Positions 1 to 10,835 of a stretch of DNA of 64,000 nucleotides are shown here, piece after piece (positions within the stretch are counted from its first letter, which is position 1; each line of letters starts with the position of its first letter). The notes under the pieces are model-generated. The model did not search any database. It saw only the letters and a program-made list of their open reading frames with translations, and was not told the DNA's origin. This DNA comes from Gammaproteobacteria bacterium. GTDB taxonomy: Bacteria; Pseudomonadota; Gammaproteobacteria; GCA-001735895. The position numbers and the translations under genes were made by a program. The stretch is from assembly GCA_050298595.1 (NCBI GenBank), contig JBNKUM010000085.1:128001-192000 (forward strand), given 5' to 3'.

Positions 1-111
1 TGCAATCGACTGATACAACGCATTCATCTGCTCACCCGAATTCGAACAAAGCGATTCGATATCTTTTATGCCACGCAGTTGATCAGCAGAAATTTCAGGT
101 AATAAATTCAT
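1..111 (-). CDS. N-terminal fragment (runs off window) of an ORF downstream of the GcvPA-like gene; possibly divergent GcvPB
   Basis: ATG at 111, open to window edge: MNLLPEISADQLRGIKDIESLCSNSGEQMNALYQSIA; identity inferred from position only. Confidence 0.35.
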   Translation of the reverse strand, partial: MNLLPEISADQLRGIKDIESLCSNSGEQMNALYQSIA

Positions 112-141
112 GAATTAGTCATCGCATCTAATGCCGATATT

Positions 142-1458
142 TCATGTGAATTTTGGTTTAACGGGGCAACCCGCAGTAGAAAGGTTTTTAACCACGGTAG
201 CCATCTTTTGTACAAAGCGATCAATCATCGATAGATCGTGTTGATCAGTACAGTGAATCAATAAACAGTTCTCCAGCTCAGGGAATTCATCCCCCAAAGG
301 GTAGCCAGCCAGGATATTGTGACCAGCCAGAATTTGCAGGGCACGGTTCAGGTCGATGCTATCGAAATGGATTACACACTCATGGGTAAACGCTGATTCA
401 AACTTCAAGCTGACAGCAGGAATCTGGACTAATTTCTCTATCAGACTGGTTAAATTTTGCTGCGCCAGTTTACCTGCTTGCTGGATTTGATTAGCAGATT
501 GGCAGGCGAAAAACGACTGGATAGTCATCAACTCGTTTATTAATAAGCCAGGCTCTATAGTTTTATCTAGCCTAGCTTTATCTACATTGGCTTTTTCTGA
601 GTTAGCAGAATCAGCTCGCAGCGTAAGCGCATTACCTTTCCTGCTCAAAGGGAAGCCAAGGGGTTGTAAATCGCACAAGGTATAATCAATATATTCACTC
701 AACTGGGCAGGAGGTTTCAGATAAGTAAGTGATAAAGCATCAGACAGCACGATGGTTTTAATGCCGTATTGTTGCGCCCAATCTGCAACGTCAGCGACAT
801 TTTCCAGTACACCGAAAAAATTTGGATAAGGCAATAAGATAGCCAACAGGTCATCAGCAACCAACTCTTCTAGCTGTGACCGGGAAACCTGCCCTGTTAG
901 CGTATCAAAACCGATAACTACAGTCTCTATACACTGGTATTTTAACTGTGTTCGTAGCGCCGAACGCAGGCCTGGCGGCATGCTTGCTGCGAGCAAAACC
1001 TTTTGTCTTATCCCTGTGCCAGCCTGCTGCTCATGACTATACAGCTCAAGCAGTAAATCTTTTAACACCTGGCTTAGACACTCACCCAGCACTTTAGCAT
1101 TTTCCATGCCTACGAGTTGCGCAAGTTTCGACTCGACCCCCTTTTTTATTTCCTGATAACTTTCCAGTGAGGCCCCACAAGCTGGGTATGGCATTAATCG
1201 AGAGATTGAATCCAGGGCTTGAAGCGCAACCGGTCTGTAGAAATCATAAGATCCTGCAGCAAGAAAGTTCATACCAGCTCCATCCCGAGACAATAGCTCA
1301 ACACAGGAAAGAACGAGATCTTTTTCTGTTTCAACAGGGCGAATTTGTTCTGCTGGCAACTTCAATCTGGGCAGTGATATACCGCTTTCAGATGCCAGCT
1401 TCTGCAGTTGATTTTCGGTTAACATAAAGGCATATATTGTCAGTGTGTTAAGAAGCAA
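142..1458 (-). CDS. Highly divergent glycine dehydrogenase subunit 1 (GcvPA)-like protein; likely start near 1425
   Basis: FLAAGSYDFYRP (cf. FLGAGAYxHxIP), YPNFFGVLE, QPLGFPLS and C-terminal LLIHCTD recognisable; conserved REQHIRREKATSNIC segment absent. Confidence 0.7.
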   Translation of the reverse strand: MLLNTLTIYAFMLTENQLQKLASESGISLPRLKLPAEQIRPVETEKDLVLSCVELLSRDGAGMNFLAAGSYDFYRPVALQALDSISRLMPYPACGASLESYQEIKKGVESKLAQLVGMENAKVLGECLSQVLKDLLLELYSHEQQAGTGIRQKVLLAASMPPGLRSALRTQLKYQCIETVVIGFDTLTGQVSRSQLEELVADDLLAILLPYPNFFGVLENVADVADWAQQYGIKTIVLSDALSLTYLKPPAQLSEYIDYTLCDLQPLGFPLSRKGNALTLRADSANSEKANVDKARLDKTIEPGLLINELMTIQSFFACQSANQIQQAGKLAQQNLTSLIEKLVQIPAVSLKFESAFTHECVIHFDSIDLNRALQILAGHNILAGYPLGDEFPELENCLLIHCTDQHDLSMIDRFVQKMATVVKNLSTAGCPVKPKFT

Positions 1459-1462
1459 ACAT

Positions 1463-1487
1463 AAAAGCCCTGAAAACAGGGCTTTTT
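1463..1487. terminator. Intrinsic terminator after tpsA
   Basis: AAAAGCCCTG-AAAA-CAGGGCTTTT hairpin. Confidence 0.75.
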
Positions 1488-1517
1488 GTTAATCGACATG
1501 CCATCTGAATAGATCAA

Positions 1518-4500
1518 CTACTTACACACCAGCCTGGGAGCGCGCTTTTTCTCGTCATCTTCTTCATCCTCAGTTTCAATACTGGCAACCTTGTCAACAA
1601 AGCTCATTGTCTTAACCATCTGTTGATGATCTAGCTCTCCACTATCAAACAACGTTTCAAGCAGATTCGAAACTTTATCCATATCTTCATTAGAAACCAC
1701 AACCGTATCTTTAAATGTAAACGTCCCCTGATTGATTATTCTGAAAGGATTATTGATTTGTAAAATAGAAGTATCGGGAGAAAACCAGTTAACCGTCCCG
1801 GTAGGTGTGATCAGCCAGTCAGTACCTAAAACTCCACTAACCAAATCTACGCGACCAGAAGTTGTCAAACCTGTACCATTAATAGTTCCCGTATCCCACA
1901 ACATGTCGCCCGCATAGTTTAGGTTATTAGCTTTAAGCGTCCCTCCTACAAGTTCTATCCTGGCAATTTGGAGTGGCGTATTGGCAACTAAAGACGACCC
2001 TGATGAAATCGATATACTTCCTCCACCGGTCAAGCTTGACATAGCATTAACAGTTAACTCAGTGTTATTTAGAGCTAAAACTTTACCTTGCTGCACCTGT
2101 ATTGATGAAGCCTGGACAGCAACTAACAGAGGATTTTGTGTATTGCTACCTATAAAACTACCCCCATCGACGATTACGGATGTAGATGCAGAAATCACCA
2201 GATTCCCTTCAGCCTGAATTTCGCTACTACCCGACATCGTCACGCTCGTTGGCAAGACAGGAATGTTCTGCACTCTGGAAACCACTCCATCAACCAACTC
2301 CCAGTTTATGGTCGTATCGTAAACAAGGGGATGAATATCTACAGCAAACTCAGAAGTATTGTTTAAGGATAAAAGTCCTGAACCTAAAAACTGGGCGTTA
2401 CTGCTGGCTGATGACAGGGAGACACCATCTGATAAGGAAAGTTGTGCGCCATTCGCCCAGGACATAATGCCTTTATTGTCTATAGAGCCTGTACCGGTAA
2501 AGACATTAGTTCCACTACTGGCATCTATCGCAAACAATGCATTGTTCACCAGATTGCCATTTATCTGAAAGGGAGTACCTACACTGGTTTGAATTTCACC
2601 CCAGTTAACAGCGTCAGCAGACAGGGTGCCCTGATCAAGTTTAAGCGTTGCACCTAAATTATATAAAACACCTGTACCCGTTCTGGACACTAAGGCATCG
2701 GATGCAGAAATGGCTAACCCACCACTACCATTGAACGGATCAAGTATAAAAGCATTGCCACTTATATCAAGGCTACCACCAGCGCCTACTTTGATCTGGC
2801 CATGCGCCTGAATTCCTCTAACAGCAGCAGTAGAGGTGATATCAACAACTGGGGTAGTTGTTCCATCAATAAATACATCCGTGCTTGAATCAGGCGCCAC
2901 CGTCGCAGTAAGCCCAGTAGAGAGATCCATCCAGTTATCTAGATCACTCCAACTGGTTGGAGAAGTAGATGATAACCCCGTCCATTGATAGATATTACTG
3001 GTATCTATGCTACCAATTGTATAACTGGCCGTATCAGCAATAACTGATCCATAATCAACAGTGCCTGCTGAAGTTGTCGCAATAGGGTCAACAATGGTGT
3101 CAAAGCCACTCCCTGAAAAACAACCAGTACCCGTGCAACCAACTACCGATACAGTGTTGCTAGAACTATCAGCAGCTAGTACAGCTGAGCTATCTTGCCA
3201 GTTCAAAATCAAATCACCACCATTAATAGCAACAGTATTCGCACTCACATAACTTGACACCATGCCATCTGATGCCGCCAGGACTGAATATAAGCCCCCA
3301 GAATTAAACACTAGATCACCATTAATAGTTAATGTGCCTGGGCTTGTTGAGTCATCTCCACCAGCGATCACGCCACCATTCACGGTTACACTGCTGTTTA
3401 TAGCAGCCCATCCAGAACTACTGAGACCTGAACCAGGTCCGAGCTCAAGCACTCCTCCAGTTAAAGTCAGCGTATTGTTATCCTGTATGTCGATCCATCC
3501 TGGATTTTTGAAATTTATAAACTGAGTATCTATAGTCGAGATAGAAGTAGTAAAGCTATTAAGATTAATATTCCCCTTATTATAAAACTGCCCTGTACCT
3601 GTGATACTGGCATTCTCCATATTGATATCACCGCCATTGGTCAACATTGAAGTGGCGTCTAAATCTAGTGTTGTAAACTGCATATCGATCGAATGTCCCT
3701 GCTGCACATTCCAGCTGGTATTTTGTAGTTTTAGAGCACCGCCTCCGGTTATTGATGTATTACCATTTACCATTAAGCTACCAGCATTGGTAGCAAGATC
3801 TACATTAAAACTTGCGGTTGAAGCAAACGTTTTAAAGTTAACCAGACCTGAGCCATCATTATCTATGTCTGGATTCAATATAAGGTTTAATGCACCGGTG
3901 CCTGTTGCAGAGATAGTGAGATTACTAGCAGCTGCATCAAAAATAATGTCATTGTGTGCATTTAACGTAAGTGAAACAGCGCTACTCGATAGAGAATTGA
4001 TATCCGCCAGGATGGTAATATCACCTGCTTGACTATTACCCCCAGCTGTAGCTGTTGAAACAGTGACATTTGTGCCTGCGTTGAGAGCAGCTTCTATAGA
4101 TGCGACACTCAAATAAGCACTGTCACCCGTTGAAATAAAATCAGGGTCACCTGTGATGAGAGCATCTGCAGTCGAACTAATTGTTATATTATTTGGATCA
4201 ATCAACCACTCACCTGCATTACCATTAAGTGCCGAGGCATCCGGCACCGATGTAATATCCAGATAGTGTTTACCAGAGGTTTCTATAAACCCACCATCAC
4301 CACTAACCGCACCACCACGCGCAGTTACTTCACCATGTACGTGCACATCTTTCTCTGCAAATACGATGACTTTGCCTCCATTTCCTGTCGTGTCGGCATC
4401 AGCATTGACACTGGCACCGGCAGCTATCGTGGTTGAGCTTGCATTGTGGATCTCGGGATTCAACCCCTGCTGATCACCACCGATAAGAATCTCTCCACCA

Positions 4501-5384
4501 GCAGTATCACCAGATGCATTGATATTCGCACCCTCATCAATGTTGACTGTATCGCCAAGTATCTCGATATACCCGCCCTGAATACCTGAGGCGTCTACGC
4601 GGCCACTAACCTGATTGGTAGCTTTGGCAACCAGGCTGATACTTCCATCAGCATTCTGCACCAGACCTCCAGCACGAATTGAACCACTGTGCTTCAAGGC
4701 CCCTGCAAACAAACTGGCACTACCCTGATTCGCTAAAATTTTACCCAGATTGGTCACCGTGTTTTCACTTCCAGTAACTTCAAACTGTATGGCCGGATTC
4801 TCCAGACTGCTGATGGTAATCGATTGCCCTGCCGCCAGTATGATATTTCCATTATCGACTTCGATAACGCCACCGTTTTCGATATTCGGTGCGATCAATA
4901 CAATATTGCCATTATCTCCTGCATGGATATAGCCCTGATTGCTAATTCCAGCTGAGCTATCACCTTCAAACTTTAGATTTCCATTCAGGTAATCACTATC
5001 TGTTATATTCAATGTGGAAGCGAAAAAACCGGCTGTATTGATTTGCGCACCAGCCCCAACAAGGAGGCCATGTTGATTAATCAGAAATACCTTACCATTT
5101 GAATTCAAATTACCCAGCAACTGGCTAGGGTTATTGGATATCACGCGATTTAATACGGAACTCGCCGCAGAGGGCTGAATAAAATTGGTGGTTTGTCCGG
5201 CGCCGATATTGAACGATTGCCAGTTGATGATGGCATTATTACTGTTCGTAACATTTAAAACATTTACACTGGGATTAGAAAAGGTAGCCGAGCCGTGAAC
5301 AACCTGCCCACCCGCAGGGTTGGCGTTGGCCATTTGACTACTCAGAATCAGACTGATGGTAAAAGCTAGCGTATTGTATTTCAT
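1518..5384 (-). CDS. Two-partner secretion exoprotein (TpsA) with filamentous haemagglutinin N-terminal domain
   Basis: Signal peptide; NPAGGQVVHG, IINWQSFNIG, VLNRV, NGKVFLIN TPS motifs; G/N/S/T-rich beta-helix repeats; GEWLIDP. Confidence 0.9.
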   Translation of the reverse strand: MKYNTLAFTISLILSSQMANANPAGGQVVHGSATFSNPSVNVLNVTNSNNAIINWQSFNIGAGQTTNFIQPSAASSVLNRVISNNPSQLLGNLNSNGKVFLINQHGLLVGAGAQINTAGFFASTLNITDSDYLNGNLKFEGDSSAGISNQGYIHAGDNGNIVLIAPNIENGGVIEVDNGNIILAAGQSITISSLENPAIQFEVTGSENTVTNLGKILANQGSASLFAGALKHSGSIRAGGLVQNADGSISLVAKATNQVSGRVDASGIQGGYIEILGDTVNIDEGANINASGDTAGGEILIGGDQQGLNPEIHNASSTTIAAGASVNADADTTGNGGKVIVFAEKDVHVHGEVTARGGAVSGDGGFIETSGKHYLDITSVPDASALNGNAGEWLIDPNNITISSTADALITGDPDFISTGDSAYLSVASIEAALNAGTNVTVSTATAGGNSQAGDITILADINSLSSSAVSLTLNAHNDIIFDAAASNLTISATGTGALNLILNPDIDNDGSGLVNFKTFASTASFNVDLATNAGSLMVNGNTSITGGGALKLQNTSWNVQQGHSIDMQFTTLDLDATSMLTNGGDINMENASITGTGQFYNKGNINLNSFTTSISTIDTQFINFKNPGWIDIQDNNTLTLTGGVLELGPGSGLSSSGWAAINSSVTVNGGVIAGGDDSTSPGTLTINGDLVFNSGGLYSVLAASDGMVSSYVSANTVAINGGDLILNWQDSSAVLAADSSSNTVSVVGCTGTGCFSGSGFDTIVDPIATTSAGTVDYGSVIADTASYTIGSIDTSNIYQWTGLSSTSPTSWSDLDNWMDLSTGLTATVAPDSSTDVFIDGTTTPVVDITSTAAVRGIQAHGQIKVGAGGSLDISGNAFILDPFNGSGGLAISASDALVSRTGTGVLYNLGATLKLDQGTLSADAVNWGEIQTSVGTPFQINGNLVNNALFAIDASSGTNVFTGTGSIDNKGIMSWANGAQLSLSDGVSLSSASSNAQFLGSGLLSLNNTSEFAVDIHPLVYDTTINWELVDGVVSRVQNIPVLPTSVTMSGSSEIQAEGNLVISASTSVIVDGGSFIGSNTQNPLLVAVQASSIQVQQGKVLALNNTELTVNAMSSLTGGGSISISSGSSLVANTPLQIARIELVGGTLKANNLNYAGDMLWDTGTINGTGLTTSGRVDLVSGVLGTDWLITPTGTVNWFSPDTSILQINNPFRIINQGTFTFKDTVVVSNEDMDKVSNLLETLFDSGELDHQQMVKTMSFVDKVASIETEDEEDDEKKRAPRLVCK

Positions 5385-5412
5385 AATGATGGCTCCTCTG
5401 GTCTACAGTAAA

Positions 5413-6879
5413 TTACTGCAGACGGCATTCAAACTCCTCTTTATCACTACCTTTGGCACCAAACAAATTAATCTTTTTCTGCATTTTCAGTGACAACTGT
5501 GAAGGCACAGGGATCTTGTCAAACTTCTGGAAAGGCGGAACAAAGTTCAGGCGTATGGTCTTCCCGGCAAGCCCTGCTAAACCAGCCTCACCCTTACCCA
5601 GATTAACAACACTGCCATCGACACCCTCAACCGCAACATCACCGTCTCGCACATTAACATATAACCCCGGCTCAATATTCTGTCTATCTGAGCCACTAAA
5701 CAGATCATCTCTAATTGTGATTCGATCAGGTCTGGGCGCATTACCCATGGTACGAAGATGGACCGGAAAATCAGGTATGATCACCGGTTTGGTGAATCCA
5801 TTTTTGACAAATGCTGCCTTACCATTTTCCAGTAGCATTTTGCCGCCTTCAAATTGCAACTCTATGGCACCACTCCACACCCTGGCATACATGCCACTGC
5901 CGCTTAAGGCATAAGCTGGTTTCAAAAAGAATTGCAACAGTTTTGCAACCACCGTTTCACTCAGTGGGTCCTGCAATGCCGTGTTGTCCACACAATCACC
6001 ATCACAGGCCAGGTCAAAGCCAGTACCACGGATACCTATGGTTGCTGTTGGCGTTGCCACTCGATAGGAGCGCTCATTCAAGCGCCCAATAGCGCCAGTG
6101 ATCAGACGCAAGCCACCTCGAATAAACCTTAAAAATGCATTATTCTCTGCTGGCACTTCAGGCTTATAGTAATGTTCTTCAATCTTAAAGGCTGAAGACG
6201 GACTCATCGTGATACGGCTTTTATCGTTAAACACTAAAACAGCAAACGATTTAATTCCGGTTTGTATTTGATCAAGCTCGTATACTGCTGCACCAGTCGA
6301 TAAGGGGCGTGATTTATTATTAGCGTCCAGTGCACTGGCCTTACCCTGCATTAAAGCAATACGGCCGATAACCTTTGATTCATTCTGCGAATTCTTATTC
6401 AGTGCTCGATTTTCTTCATCACACTCAGCACTTTCACACAGTCGGGCGTCAAATTCAGTACCCCGAATACCGATGGTGGCTACTCGAGTATTGATACGAA
6501 AAGCACTGGGGCGACTTTTACTGATGAGACCTGTTATGGCTCGAAAGCCGCCTCGAATCAAATTCATCAATGCGCTTTCACTACCCTTAGTCGTATTTAC
6601 GTCCTCAATTTTAAACGTTGTATTAGGTCGAAGCGTCATGCGCGTACCGTCTTCCAGTTTGATCACGGCAAAGCTGCTAGTGCCTGTATTCAAAGTTTCA
6701 CCTTTATACAATGACCCACCTTTGCCCAGAATCTGGAGAGCATCATTGCCAACCTGCCCTGTTAGCACTCCTCGGGTATAAGCCACCTCACCTACTTCAG
6801 TCGCGGCAAATACAGAACCTTGCAGGCACAGTAAAAATGAGAAAAACAAACTACGGTGAATCATGCTTTTTCTATCCAT
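5413..6879 (-). CDS. Exported protein with two FecR-like domains
   Basis: Signal peptide; two copies of the ...LxRGG(F/L)RxITG...ATIGIRGTxF module. Confidence 0.85.
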   Translation of the reverse strand: MDRKSMIHRSLFFSFLLCLQGSVFAATEVGEVAYTRGVLTGQVGNDALQILGKGGSLYKGETLNTGTSSFAVIKLEDGTRMTLRPNTTFKIEDVNTTKGSESALMNLIRGGFRAITGLISKSRPSAFRINTRVATIGIRGTEFDARLCESAECDEENRALNKNSQNESKVIGRIALMQGKASALDANNKSRPLSTGAAVYELDQIQTGIKSFAVLVFNDKSRITMSPSSAFKIEEHYYKPEVPAENNAFLRFIRGGLRLITGAIGRLNERSYRVATPTATIGIRGTGFDLACDGDCVDNTALQDPLSETVVAKLLQFFLKPAYALSGSGMYARVWSGAIELQFEGGKMLLENGKAAFVKNGFTKPVIIPDFPVHLRTMGNAPRPDRITIRDDLFSGSDRQNIEPGLYVNVRDGDVAVEGVDGSVVNLGKGEAGLAGLAGKTIRLNFVPPFQKFDKIPVPSQLSLKMQKKINLFGAKGSDKEEFECRLQ

Positions 6880-6887
6880 AGCCTGCC

Positions 6888-8435
6888 TCAGAATCGGTAA
6901 ATCAAGTTAAAGTGGGCCTTATCGTCACCATCCTGGTTGATCGTGGCATCAGGACCACCACCTTTATTGATGACAGCATAATCAAGCGCAACACTTAGCT
7001 GTTCTTTCCAGCTCCAGCGTAACCCGACTCCATAGGAAGAAAGATCGTAATCTCCACTGTCGTTAAATTTGACCTTAGCCTGATCAATAAAAACCAGATA
7101 GCGCATATTTGCAAAGGCCGGGGTCCAGATTTCAAAAGAAGTTTGATAGCCGCTATCACCGATTACGGAACGTTCTTCAAAACCACGCAGCGTAGAACTA
7201 CCACCCACACCAAATTGTTCGCCTGAAATCAGTAAATCACTACTACTTTGCCCACTTAAACCCGCGTGCAAGAGCCAGTCTTTAGAGAAAATCAGATCAT
7301 AAGCAAGGTTGTATCGTATAGCAGTCCAGTCATTTTTGGCGCCTGTACGGAGCAGTTCATAATCCTCATCACTATTGTTACTGCCAGAATCAATATTCAA
7401 ATCATAGAAAAAATCACCACTAATGGAGCTTGATTTGGCTGTATAGGTAAAACCATAACCCAGTTCTAGAGGAAAACTCCCTACATCGGCATTTGATACG
7501 TTCCCATTAATATCAATCTCATTCTCGAAGAGTTTATTTTGAAACCCAACAGACCACTGGTGATTAAAGTTGGTATCGGTCAACATCGGACGCGAATAAG
7601 TAAAACCAAATACCGAGCCCTTTCCGGTAATAGCTACACCTCCACCCACTTCACCAGAATTGACCTCCGAATCTGAAAATATAAAATCCAGATTGGCACC
7701 ATGTGAATATAGCGGTATATGGTAGCTCAGACCAAACTGATTGGTGGCATCCGGGTCTTCTGGAGCTACGGTCAAGGTTGCGGTTATCGTGTGATCGCGG
7801 TTGAATAGATTGCCATTCTGATATCCCAGAGTACTGCGGAATTCACTGGTATCTTTGCTACCAGTATTATCCAGCGTCAGGAAAAAAAGCTGCGGGTTAC
7901 GATCATTGACGGTTAAATTAGCATCAATGGTATCTCCCTCGTCACCTTCCTTAAACTTAAGCACCATATTCTTGGAAGCGTGATTATTAGCAAGTTTCAA
8001 AGAACGCGACAATTCCCTGGTATTTGGTGTACTACCAACACTTAACTCAGGAAGAGAGCTACGGATATTCCGTTCATTAAAGAACTTATTACCCGATATA
8101 TTTATCGCCCCGATAGTAAAATGAATAACATTCAACTCGACGGTACCAGAGATTAATTGCTGAGGAGGCAGGGACACTCGGTGAAAACTATAACCCTGTT
8201 TAATAATTTCCTGTTCCAGGGCATCAGCCGCAGCAGATAACCCATCCAGACCATAATGCTCACCTAGATAGGATTGCAGTACTTTTTGCGCTTTGTCCGC
8301 TATTGGGTTATCACCAGTGACGTCAAAGCTAGAAACCGTAAAACGCATTGGCGTATAAGTAGTTTGGGCATACCCTACCATTGGCAACAGAGTAACAAAA
8401 AATAAAACAAAGGCACTTCCCTGAGGTATTCGCAT
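6888..8435 (-). CDS. ShlB/FhaC/HecB-family TpsB outer-membrane transporter
   Basis: POTRA-like N-terminus (VSLPPQQLISGTVEL), LDNTGS, GGSSTLRGFEE (VRGY-like loop), C-terminal YRF. Confidence 0.9.
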   Translation of the reverse strand: MRIPQGSAFVLFFVTLLPMVGYAQTTYTPMRFTVSSFDVTGDNPIADKAQKVLQSYLGEHYGLDGLSAAADALEQEIIKQGYSFHRVSLPPQQLISGTVELNVIHFTIGAINISGNKFFNERNIRSSLPELSVGSTPNTRELSRSLKLANNHASKNMVLKFKEGDEGDTIDANLTVNDRNPQLFFLTLDNTGSKDTSEFRSTLGYQNGNLFNRDHTITATLTVAPEDPDATNQFGLSYHIPLYSHGANLDFIFSDSEVNSGEVGGGVAITGKGSVFGFTYSRPMLTDTNFNHQWSVGFQNKLFENEIDINGNVSNADVGSFPLELGYGFTYTAKSSSISGDFFYDLNIDSGSNNSDEDYELLRTGAKNDWTAIRYNLAYDLIFSKDWLLHAGLSGQSSSDLLISGEQFGVGGSSTLRGFEERSVIGDSGYQTSFEIWTPAFANMRYLVFIDQAKVKFNDSGDYDLSSYGVGLRWSWKEQLSVALDYAVINKGGGPDATINQDGDDKAHFNLIYRF

Positions 8436-8958
8436 GACTATAAATTCTTCATTCTCGAATTTAAAATCATATCGACTGGTGATTACATTGTCCATGATAA
8501 ACTGGCTCAGGACATGCTATTTAGAGTACTTTCTATTAACTTGGACTTAATAAAGGATACTCTGTCTAGAATTATCATACCCACATGACAAATCTAAATA
8601 GTAAAACCATTTTGCTGCGCATAAACATGCTTTAACGCAGTAATAAACATACTTTGCCATAACTGTTTCGGCTTTGCGCTGACTCTCAAAACCTCTCAAA
8701 CACTTCGATTGATACAGGTAATCACCAGCATCCAATAATAGCCCAGCCTGCAGATCCAGAGCCTGAAACATTTTTACCAATAACAGCGATAGCGCTATAG
8801 AAGGAACATCTAGTGCACTTTTCCAGGATCCTGTCGGATTTAGGGTGAATCTACTGCGGAAAAGGCATTTTGGCCAACAATCCGATCATTTTCGTTAAAT
8901 AGGCTCACTATTCGCCTCAAATGATCGAAATATTTCGACTCAAAATACCGTTCCTTCG

Positions 8959-10290
8959 CTACGATAACCTAAACCCGACAGACTCCTGGCTCGCCATCAA
9001 TGCTTCAATATCCTTTACACTGCTAGGCACCCCAGCGGTCAGCACTTCATGCCCTTTTGGCGTTACCAGAACATCATCTTCAATACGAATACCGATATCC
9101 CACCATTTACGATGCACCCCTTTACTCTGAGCAGGGATATAGATACCCGGTTCAACGGTCAGAACCATCCCCGGCTCCAGTAAACGCCATTGATCACCCA
9201 CTTTATAGTCCCCAACATCGTGCACATCGAGCCCTAACCAGTGCCCCGTGCGATGCATGTAAAAACGTCGGCAAGCATGTTCTTTCAACAGCTTGGGCAG
9301 CGTACCTTTGAGTATCTTAAGCTCCAGCAAACCTTTGGTAATGACACGTACTGCTGCATTATGCGGATCGTTCCAGTGATTCCCTGGCATTACCTTTTTA
9401 ATTGCCGCCTGTTGCGCCTGTAAAACAATTTCATAAACATCTCTCTGCGCCGAAGAAAACTTCCCATTTACAGGGAAAGTTCGTGTGATATCGGAAGCAT
9501 AACCATCAACCTCACAACCGGCATCGATTAGCAATAAATCACCATCTTTCAGAGCATCGGTATTTTCAGTGTAATGCAGAATGCAGCCATTGCGCCCACC
9601 ACCCACTATCGGTGGATAGGCATGCTCTGCTCCATTTCGACTGAATTCATAGTTATATTCTGCTTCGATACTGTACTCAAACAGTCCCGGCTTACAAGCT
9701 TGCATAGCCTTTGTATGAGCCGCAACGCTAATTTTCGCCGCCTTTTTCATCGCACTTAGCTCAGCGCGGCTCTTATACAAACGCATATCGTGCAAAAGAT
9801 GGTCTAGCGAAACGAATTCGTAGGGTACATGTACACCGGAACGCGATTGCGCCTTAATTTGATTCACCCACCCCATCAGCCGTGCATCAAACTCCGGATA
9901 ACGCCCCATCACCTGAAAAACCTTTTCTCGATCCTCCAGTAGCCCCGGCAGAATATCGTCGATATCATCAATGGGGAAAGAGTCATCAGCACCATATTGC
10001 TCAATCGCACCCTGCTGGCCTGCACGGCGGCCGTGCCAGGTTTCCTGCTCAGGGTCATTTTCACGGCAAAACAGGATGAATTCTCCGTGCTTACGCCCAG
10101 GTACAAGCACCAGTACCGAATCGGGTTCTCTAAAACCAGTTAAATACAGAAAATCACTATCCTGACGAAACGGGTATTCGACATCGCGATTTCTAACCTG
10201 TGAGGACGCCGAAGAAACGATAGCTATGCTGCCTTTACCGATCATCTTCATTAACTGTGCACGACGGCGCTTAAATTCACTTGCATTCAT
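8959..10290 (-). CDS. pepP: Xaa-Pro aminopeptidase
   Basis: FRQDSDFLYLTG, YASDITRTFP, HWLGLDVHD, TVEPGIY, GIRIEDD. Confidence 0.97.
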   Translation of the reverse strand: MNASEFKRRRAQLMKMIGKGSIAIVSSASSQVRNRDVEYPFRQDSDFLYLTGFREPDSVLVLVPGRKHGEFILFCRENDPEQETWHGRRAGQQGAIEQYGADDSFPIDDIDDILPGLLEDREKVFQVMGRYPEFDARLMGWVNQIKAQSRSGVHVPYEFVSLDHLLHDMRLYKSRAELSAMKKAAKISVAAHTKAMQACKPGLFEYSIEAEYNYEFSRNGAEHAYPPIVGGGRNGCILHYTENTDALKDGDLLLIDAGCEVDGYASDITRTFPVNGKFSSAQRDVYEIVLQAQQAAIKKVMPGNHWNDPHNAAVRVITKGLLELKILKGTLPKLLKEHACRRFYMHRTGHWLGLDVHDVGDYKVGDQWRLLEPGMVLTVEPGIYIPAQSKGVHRKWWDIGIRIEDDVLVTPKGHEVLTAGVPSSVKDIEALMASQESVGFRLS

Positions 10291-10292
10291 TA

Positions 10293-10835
10293 TTAATGGA
10301 CCTGTGTGTTCACTGCTATAGGATTCATCTCTTCATTCATAAAAATCACCGACAACCGAACATGTTCGACTACCTCTGCATAAACCGTTTCCGCGTCATC
10401 CGTTTCTTCCTCATCGTGACTCAATTGACTGATCTGAAGTAGATCATCCATGCATTCCCGCCCCTGCTCAGACAGATTGTTCAATCTGGCCTCGCCATTT
10501 ACCGCCAGGCCATAAAGATACCCCTGACACCAGCTACCCAGTCCCAGCAAGCGCAGGGCAAACTCCTGATCCTCATCGGGCAGCAATAACTCGAATGTCA
10601 TATCATCCGAATTTAACTGTACCTTAGTTTGATTAAATAATTCCTGTAGTATTTCTAGCGACTCTTTGGCTAGCAGGTCATTCGGGTCGGGAAGCTTTTC
10701 TAGCGTAAACCCTAACCAACGAGCAAAATCATCCCCGCCCAGTAATAAACCACATAAAGTACCGTGGGCTTCGGCTGCGTCGGTCATTGCATCCAGTTGC
10801 TGCAAACTATTTTGTACCTGATCAAAATCTATCAT
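10293..10835 (-). CDS. ygfB: UPF0149 family protein (YgfB/YecA)
   Basis: AAEAHGTLCGLL, WCQGYLYG; upstream of pepP. Confidence 0.9.
   Translation of the reverse strand: MIDFDQVQNSLQQLDAMTDAAEAHGTLCGLLLGGDDFARWLGFTLEKLPDPNDLLAKESLEILQELFNQTKVQLNSDDMTFELLLPDEDQEFALRLLGLGSWCQGYLYGLAVNGEARLNNLSEQGRECMDDLLQISQLSHDEEETDDAETVYAEVVEHVRLSVIFMNEEMNPIAVNTQVH

Noticed and set aside
1732-6781. Many plus-strand ORFs opposite tpsA and the FecR gene
   Set aside because: Antisense shadows of real genes with no motifs
8547-8780. 77-aa ORF between pepP and tpsB
   Set aside because: TTG start, no recognisable family; probably the tpsB promoter region
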